Shown here piece by piece: positions 62,201-64,000 of a stretch of DNA of 64,000 bases. The DNA comes from Trichomonas gallinae (Eukaryota): contig MRSU01002690.1 of NCBI GenBank assembly GCA_008369845.1, forward strand, positions 1 to 64,000. The letters run 5' to 3'. Below the pieces are notes generated by a model that saw only the letters and a program-made list of their open reading frames with translations, ran no database searches and was not told the DNA's origin. Both the position numbers and the translations under genes were made by a program. The number at the start of each line of letters is the position of its first letter. The first letter of the stretch is position 1.

Positions 62201-62296
62201 TATACTATCGAATTTAGTAGTTTTTACTCTGACGTTAGATTGTGGTGAACGAGGTGGATTTGTACCAGAGACGCTCTTTTCGTCCCTGTTACTCAT
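50291..62296 (-). CDS. Divergent dynein heavy chain (DNAH6-like N-terminus) with degenerate AAA motifs
   Basis: About 4000 aa. DPIAYF...FIYL...SPYDL...YYTMSASGVTH; MQARHW; linker WQLFQSNWIILSAIFS and KRNAMPRLFFLSNDDVL; GYEFWG; four P-loop positions; stalk coiled coil; PLLIDPDG; GNWILLH. First ATG at 62296. Confidence 0.92.
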   Translation of the reverse strand: MSNRDEKSVSGTNPPRSPQSNVRVKTTKFDSIPGQKAIDRVLFAPSNLEGTVHSYDICAPGEGSSDTFLKQQNPPLYAFRNHAKKTGRPIIKSPIIPPKSTQLSSSSRFGNKPLGDLQEVTALQISKREEEIERQTLAFEDDPIAYFSKRKDGSGHHFIYLIYTYDRKDPLFSPYDLKKVPSTEIGTDYYTMSASGVTHIYANGETETLTIDQYSREKFVFEAIRKLKFFSKYLFWKNFRAWVLFLKEQRFKGLLANAMSNTIFRNPLFFGQELKIYDSQNALISLLKQYLLCFHVGKKYRLEDFEEQSRENTDKLKSSYLEFIQNNTEIIAQLFDKIADPLHVQVTDQDFNFNRRHPNIQILENLEEQKALLRYKKTEDVNKQIASLGQFIRTVDYMILETLANICVDCWKQADHNVSQEGSSIFQVEVLFTDQGTVDFTPNLQQLEKSIVGQLANSIDTLNKLPRLLKMEKLRVLIENSGCDFKQLCANGPVLTNFTSCENILPEIEERIIKTLRSSYNDAFIIAQDFSNLYPIYKMGKCWDVKDYLITRKGTKFVGEIQDPLNNIGDDTFLVNSDEQPVVDFEKVKEEMQQLIEDDHEVNNLRQGIVKGVLHIDLKGLRQILKPIPKKTFLDLQNLLDKLSSMKIQQVDGALTNYGKILKMEPGTLDGFVSFCETFKRAENVKPAIEAEIKFVDETYTLFEKFQLQHKRNPLHQKYSVFQSDFIVAQSIKSSVVNYFIHQLKDNISQLEAKLNKNYEKVSAIPPTLTLVDIEKEIPRSEKRLRKMRDLESQVKQAIKYQEIIDVEINKFAFYNNVININEFALTLYSSIDQWQKISEQMTKKAFISIEMDVFKNSVVEIDTQLKRLQALPASNNYPILGELASKVNEISPYIEELEKLSNSRMQARHWNNLFETCNQQASYNPKMTVDELIKMNILQNKEKIEQITNMSLGEYKLETEFYAITNYWNKVQMPIAEVPGNNLNEDNLLLGNTDQLLQEINDALINISSMLQRPYIQGIRDTVTNLASTLENINQIIEAWQLFQSNWIILSAIFSQDITRSLLPQQMNKFSGVQRKWSTIARHTIKDTRLFSVCSFPSLLDALNENNQTMESIIASLGKLLDTKRNAMPRLFFLSNDDVLKLISSTSIEDIACTISKILMFVKTLDCHDEMGNQVPIFQSKVYSIVGNHGYTLPLNKPVDITPVPEQWIADLIERTQETVKEMSLKAIEKIENVMFDKWISMFAPNILAIALNVILTTSLRNQLLKQTIKGEMPFPELINDYIQKITDVIGVKPELAGILAILLAYRDRYSNLILQEQKRKGLNPAIDYETMLHFKKETGSIYACISKTSWELGYEFWGQVPFVVHTTGIEFAYQSLARGNREIDPMILLGSTMLGKASTIFQLAADFGRFIYNWYPYPNNSEHFLSRILIGTCITGSWCLFNHLEKMEHRHLCYLFDNIHTMYQLLRANSNKIIISSKTVELNPNARFYFTGHHVRYLSDGIPSMIRSTVRSIALSDINSPMIIEIRMLALSFKEPKKYAAMLNSLVLTIPQLLVNNIHMTSFLQSAFLIIDGAVRLRKDGVQDLWGLMYSAFQLFTTTRIDNEKNKLYEVIASCFNVTTAEITEKFKTISFEKNRERYLELFKEEINKINSYLPVEYLAERTLDLMFTLTFSDAVAIVGQPSSGKSLIVRVLKSVVNSQKFHEEFPDVDPYEVFDCYFNSENPNRLYGHIYDDLTFGQTWAYGHLQAILNQMYIKTKTTNILRFDGKYSRDFLMFLRYFIPQSNCRAYRTSSQDFVYANGRMKVIYETTDADGLTPGLLSRMRVIYMKSCQINTSLTVSCELTYPHIILRRAFIELGYEESEHSQVFFDTFVDLIPKVVKNVYHSKNRVRYSQQPEKMKSGEIYLSEVLPYFTAIVSLNLIQSLNLDMKNQTHMSLAIAYAANRIFSQFLEPSEREKFDLWLRNEEEISVPKDWIGYNVPDLFWNMYPKPCLSSMQIFDGKLIPLNFKLIDHEPIYQARSEGQLPIFPNEVYVMNVQFLHPLELANRLLENHRSIILHGPKSSGRDTFLRILFSMNENFLPITYDVSEIVTADEFISFILSHTPFLSKILTPGTQNKTIILVIRGLKPSHIRLQEFLRQINNTGKINAFSTTDPKVYETLTIMRFVTIITVEDLTQFDIRFVQKYIPIGLNEISSDSAQFMVSKILTAYGHKQTNAEFYAKIGMNLLGQFDLENRPLLLMQSIFTICHIGSDVPTAEVIKQLIAEMKFRFLHKFPVQDVKDKIEFIGNNECRNENEKKAAWDLVNTKTIILPICKLTKDMKQFTVNIKTTEPAALAERIIRDIAIFNANVIEKLNLRVTPAIVDMWAMMLRAMRTPGCNVILNGIAGLGKYSVTRIIAHSCEYDFINIAPPTFEEQMVKEDRMFSLSSVIRDVIINAALHQKRSVIFTRATKETMSEIETLLLFVTGYDYTHFFTKTSLDDLYARFANSHALTFEQKIIAMRQIKNILRINIHVVIAQNEPIITGEHAHFVEINLNHDTTQYYIQFAQEAIEQPATKKVIGSSATPVSQVLGNMHTVARKFTSYFHPNMMIDFIDSFCHFTAADFQNLNTKFENSQSAISFIDKLQGEAHVIERKLDSLAPTLQRLQVDSESLSSSYTTRKEAIDNRQQKLIEDKKTKLAEVESLRDDVERFEAEYKDLSPKLEKAVEEVKKLTKNEIDTIRISANDPMPSMRLLFELFCLFLDKPPSYERSGQKLLMDPNFVELLTGCITTDSITPKSLDLGMPYFENEQMNPTELEATAPALFTLYNWIHLLCQYCLLNNNRTTQRKILDEKERSLQQYLEEMDVELASIEQVAASLENELKNLQAQQASREQMEKDYKAISERKRSLEMIFKDIEQFVERWQNDTREFPLRKDKLVGNSMLFSFFLVFGGIINIENRVTAYLSVLELIKNAGIECDDGDVDKMVQWRFIQIRPEFYYDRPDTAHSLELATDIHHIFATLRTPLLIDPDGLAYSIVAKDIKSRLIECSANSSTLDATAAQAVSEGRTLLVYDVMQMIPILSVLIPLDSLPQEQTMQKDVRIGSKVVAWDPNFKLILVSPAYSIKELPLDLLARCTTIDVVPTMTNNLKHIFKQVFGLYFHENLFNKLLEDRKNEILKRVNEINYERNILDILADIVATQNVNQAYDYLSDTETIEELLKSKEEYFKNRNLSIETNNQEEYKNIMHQFSPLIHQCATFWEIASRVIPKVANLQPCSLSHYMRRLTQIFVSEGFHAGQLLPEQLISLRVAITDASLQLFMSNMAMNDAMFFLFLSSFIMRMPQTHYTLKDLKPVLDHIRSSFNSKLTYKDANAGLDPFERLRYTSFENIFESVRAYVAELYGDEILQSFPEFTVDRIISSNPQIPNVIINGPHNDPSDVVHHIVAQRSKIENVECISICDDLEFLKNIKKVMSMATSRGNWILLHVTKNIPATISILSDIFTQMTTTSINTNYRMIVLSSLIDAVPPSLHSRGKRTIINAIPTVKSVMQLIITFYAPQLVIGKQQKLMKKLVYAVASLMAFVSYRNVIRPNGFNVNFSTPLSTIAAIGRRCSEIFGEDEYTQPIENIRNVIMDSAFTAVCDPRDRQMINHLLTRIIRMETFQDGFKVGVGPESELWIMPDDEVPLPAFTQYLQKIPAYPMVETLGVDPLNAPLKDWTLSRYIAQPFLKYAGPPEIPHSGIVVRIEDLLAIFPSKLVNNPSRPCTPIHSFIEREISILNNAIEIIGNSLREMHYLADKGIYNKECQEMLSGKVPTIWSQASRVYTFYDAHNFMNFLLSRQKMLKSWTESFNHVVNTPLVTDPKALLWAFATEEAQRQHLALSELDFDFTIVDTTVDTVNEGELLLTKLSQEFCVINSKNQKIVRIDKTQSSPFIPLPSLLVKMVKQGTNIRNPEKTYVPIGLFKEARPSEEDVSEDDRTVIFGRSANFIMNIYIETEDNPSYFSINGSSIYCRTSEYFM

Positions 62297-62336
62297 TCCT
62301 TGAATGTTAACGAGCAAAAAAGTGCCAAATTTTGAA

Positions 62337-62474
62337 AATTTGTCAATATAATTATTTTACGTGTCAAAATTCTACATAATTAGGGTCGCCCCTGCATTTT
62401 ATGATAATTTGTCAATAAATTATTTTACATGTCAGAAATTGATTGAATTAGGGTCGCCCCTGTTTTTATGATAT
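62337..62474. repeat. Tandem duplication of about 69 bp in a bidirectional promoter
   Basis: Two units starting at 62337 and 62406, each reading AATTTGTCAATA..ATTATTTTAC(G/A)TGTCA...AATTAGGGTCGCCCCTG..TTTTATGATA. Confidence 0.9.
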
Positions 62475-62609
62475 TTTGGATGTAAATGTATTTACGTGGC
62501 AAATATTTTTAAAATCGTCATAATTTATATTCAATTTTTCGAAAACTGTCAATGTAAAGTTACTAATTTGACATAGTTTATTTAATCGTTGTCAAAAATA
62601 AGGGAAGTG

Positions 62610-64000
62610 ATGGCAACGCAGACACCACGTACGAGAACTCTTATTTTGGGCTGCGATTATCCAACATTTCACTTATATTGGAGATATTATTCGCAATGTG
62701 CTGATAAAGAAATTGTTGGTTTCGTCCATACAACATTCGCACCGCCACCTATTTCGAAATTTAAAGGAATTTATAGACTTCCATTACCAGTATATAATCT
62801 TCGTAGTCTTGAGCGTATTATTCTTAAAAAACAAGTGCAAAAATGCGTTATTCAAGCACAAAATATAGATATGACCGAATTACAAGCAATTATTAATCGA
62901 ATTCTTTCAACTGGAATATGTGGATTCGAGTTTCTTCCAAAGAAATCATTAACAATTCATTCTTTCAAACGAACAATTGTTATTTCATCGTTAGCAACAA
63001 AATTAGGTAAATCTCAACTTGCCAGATATTTTTGCTCGATTTTGGCAAAAGAATATAAGCGAGTTGCTGTTGTATATTCATTATCTTCGATAAATCCTTC
63101 GGAAAATACTTTAATAATTGAGGATTGTCCACATTACGAATTTGATGAGCAATCTACAATTCCAGAAAATGTTTTCAGCATTGATGATGAACATCAGATT
63201 AAACAATATCAAAACAGCGGCGCTTACAAGATTTTTGCAACAAGTGATATCAGACAAGCAATTATCTGCGCAGAACAATGTGCTGATATCATAATTTTCG
63301 ATGCATATCAATGCGAAATTCCTTTCATCGAATCTGATTACACGTTCTGTGTTGTATCATCAGATTCTCTTATAAATCCCCACAAATTATCGCTTTGGCC
63401 TGGTTTGGTCAATGTTCACGAAGCCTCCAAAAAAGTTGTTTTGTATCGAGGTCAACAACAGCTTCCAGACAGCAGAATCAAAGAGATTGATGCTTTATTC
63501 AAGGAATCTAGGGTGTACTATGCAAGTTCTCAATACGATTTTGAAGGTGTTTCAACATCCACTATTTTCGGCCAAAAAGTCATGACAATCGACTCCCAAG
63601 AAGATGCAGGCATATCTAATCAGCTCGCCTTCCATTATGGTGCCTCAGAGATTGTCACTCCATCAACAACAACAGAACAAGTATCAGTCAAAGGCAGAAC
63701 AACAACAGTCAAGCTTCCTAGAGCTGCTTCTCCTCTTGCAATTCCACATGGTCATTCTGAGCTCAATCTCACTTCATCTATCGATTCATTCGCGTCCAGA
63801 GGTTTTGACGATTCATCTGAATTCTTAAACTACGAGGCTGGTTCACTTCCATCAATAATAATTCCAGCGCAAAACGCAAGAATCGACATTATTCAGAACA
63901 TGACAGCTGAACCGAAAAGTGAAGAGATGCTTTTTAAGATAGATTATGCTGAAGAAAGTGAGGACGAAAACATCAGCTTGGAAGATCGCTCTCCTTCTCC
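62610..64000 (+). CDS. COG2403 / ArcE (arginine synthetase) / cDPG-synthetase-like P-loop protein, divergent; runs off the window end
   Basis: Not in the ORF track (no stop in the window). Manual translation is open to 64000: MATQTPRTRTLILGCDYPTFHLYWRYY...KEIVGF...LPVYNLRSLERII...KRTIVISSLATKLGKSQLARYFCSILAKEYKRVAVV...AEQCADIIIFDAYQCEIPFIESD...WPGLVNV...GQKVMTID...YGASEIVTP. This is colinear with the family pattern I recall. Confidence 0.7.
   Translation, partial: MATQTPRTRTLILGCDYPTFHLYWRYYSQCADKEIVGFVHTTFAPPPISKFKGIYRLPLPVYNLRSLERIILKKQVQKCVIQAQNIDMTELQAIINRILSTGICGFEFLPKKSLTIHSFKRTIVISSLATKLGKSQLARYFCSILAKEYKRVAVVYSLSSINPSENTLIIEDCPHYEFDEQSTIPENVFSIDDEHQIKQYQNSGAYKIFATSDIRQAIICAEQCADIIIFDAYQCEIPFIESDYTFCVVSSDSLINPHKLSLWPGLVNVHEASKKVVLYRGQQQLPDSRIKEIDALFKESRVYYASSQYDFEGVSTSTIFGQKVMTIDSQEDAGISNQLAFHYGASEIVTPSTTTEQVSVKGRTTTVKLPRAASPLAIPHGHSELNLTSSIDSFASRGFDDSSEFLNYEAGSLPSIIIPAQNARIDIIQNMTAEPKSEEMLFKIDYAEESEDENISLEDRSPS

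Overview
Gene-dense, AT-rich, apparently intron-less eukaryotic DNA. The BspA-like LRR genes, TCATT/TCACT initiator-like and AAAGTGAC elements before ATGs, and stop codons inside TAAA point to a trichomonad (Trichomonas vaginalis or a close relative). This assignment is inferred, not proven. About 27 protein genes are present. Recognisable ones include exostosin GT47, a PDI/TMX-like thioredoxin, prefoldin 6, a SAPS-like protein, Bet3, a Cdc15/MAP3K-epsilon-like kinase, Atg6, CC2D2A, an adenylate-kinase-like protein, CK1, a WD40 protein, HEATR5/Laa1, a Gly-rich surface protein, Trx-UBA-UBX, Sec24, BspA and a dynein heavy chain. No intact transposon, rRNA, tRNA or CRISPR array was recognised. 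Most notable: (1) one ORF fusing a Pin1/Ess1-type WW+parvulin module, with its phospho-specificity residues altered, to a CstF-77/Rna14-like HAT protein; (2) an ORF absent from the supplied track (62610 to the window end) resembling the prokaryotic COG2403/ArcE arginine-synthetase family with eroded motifs; (3) a full-length dynein heavy chain with degenerate AAA1/AAA3 motifs; (4) a candidate box C/D hairpin RNA; (5) an exactly 20-bp-phased AGGG array and a recurrent TTTACRYGKCA promoter motif. All family assignments come from motif recognition by eye; no database searches were run.
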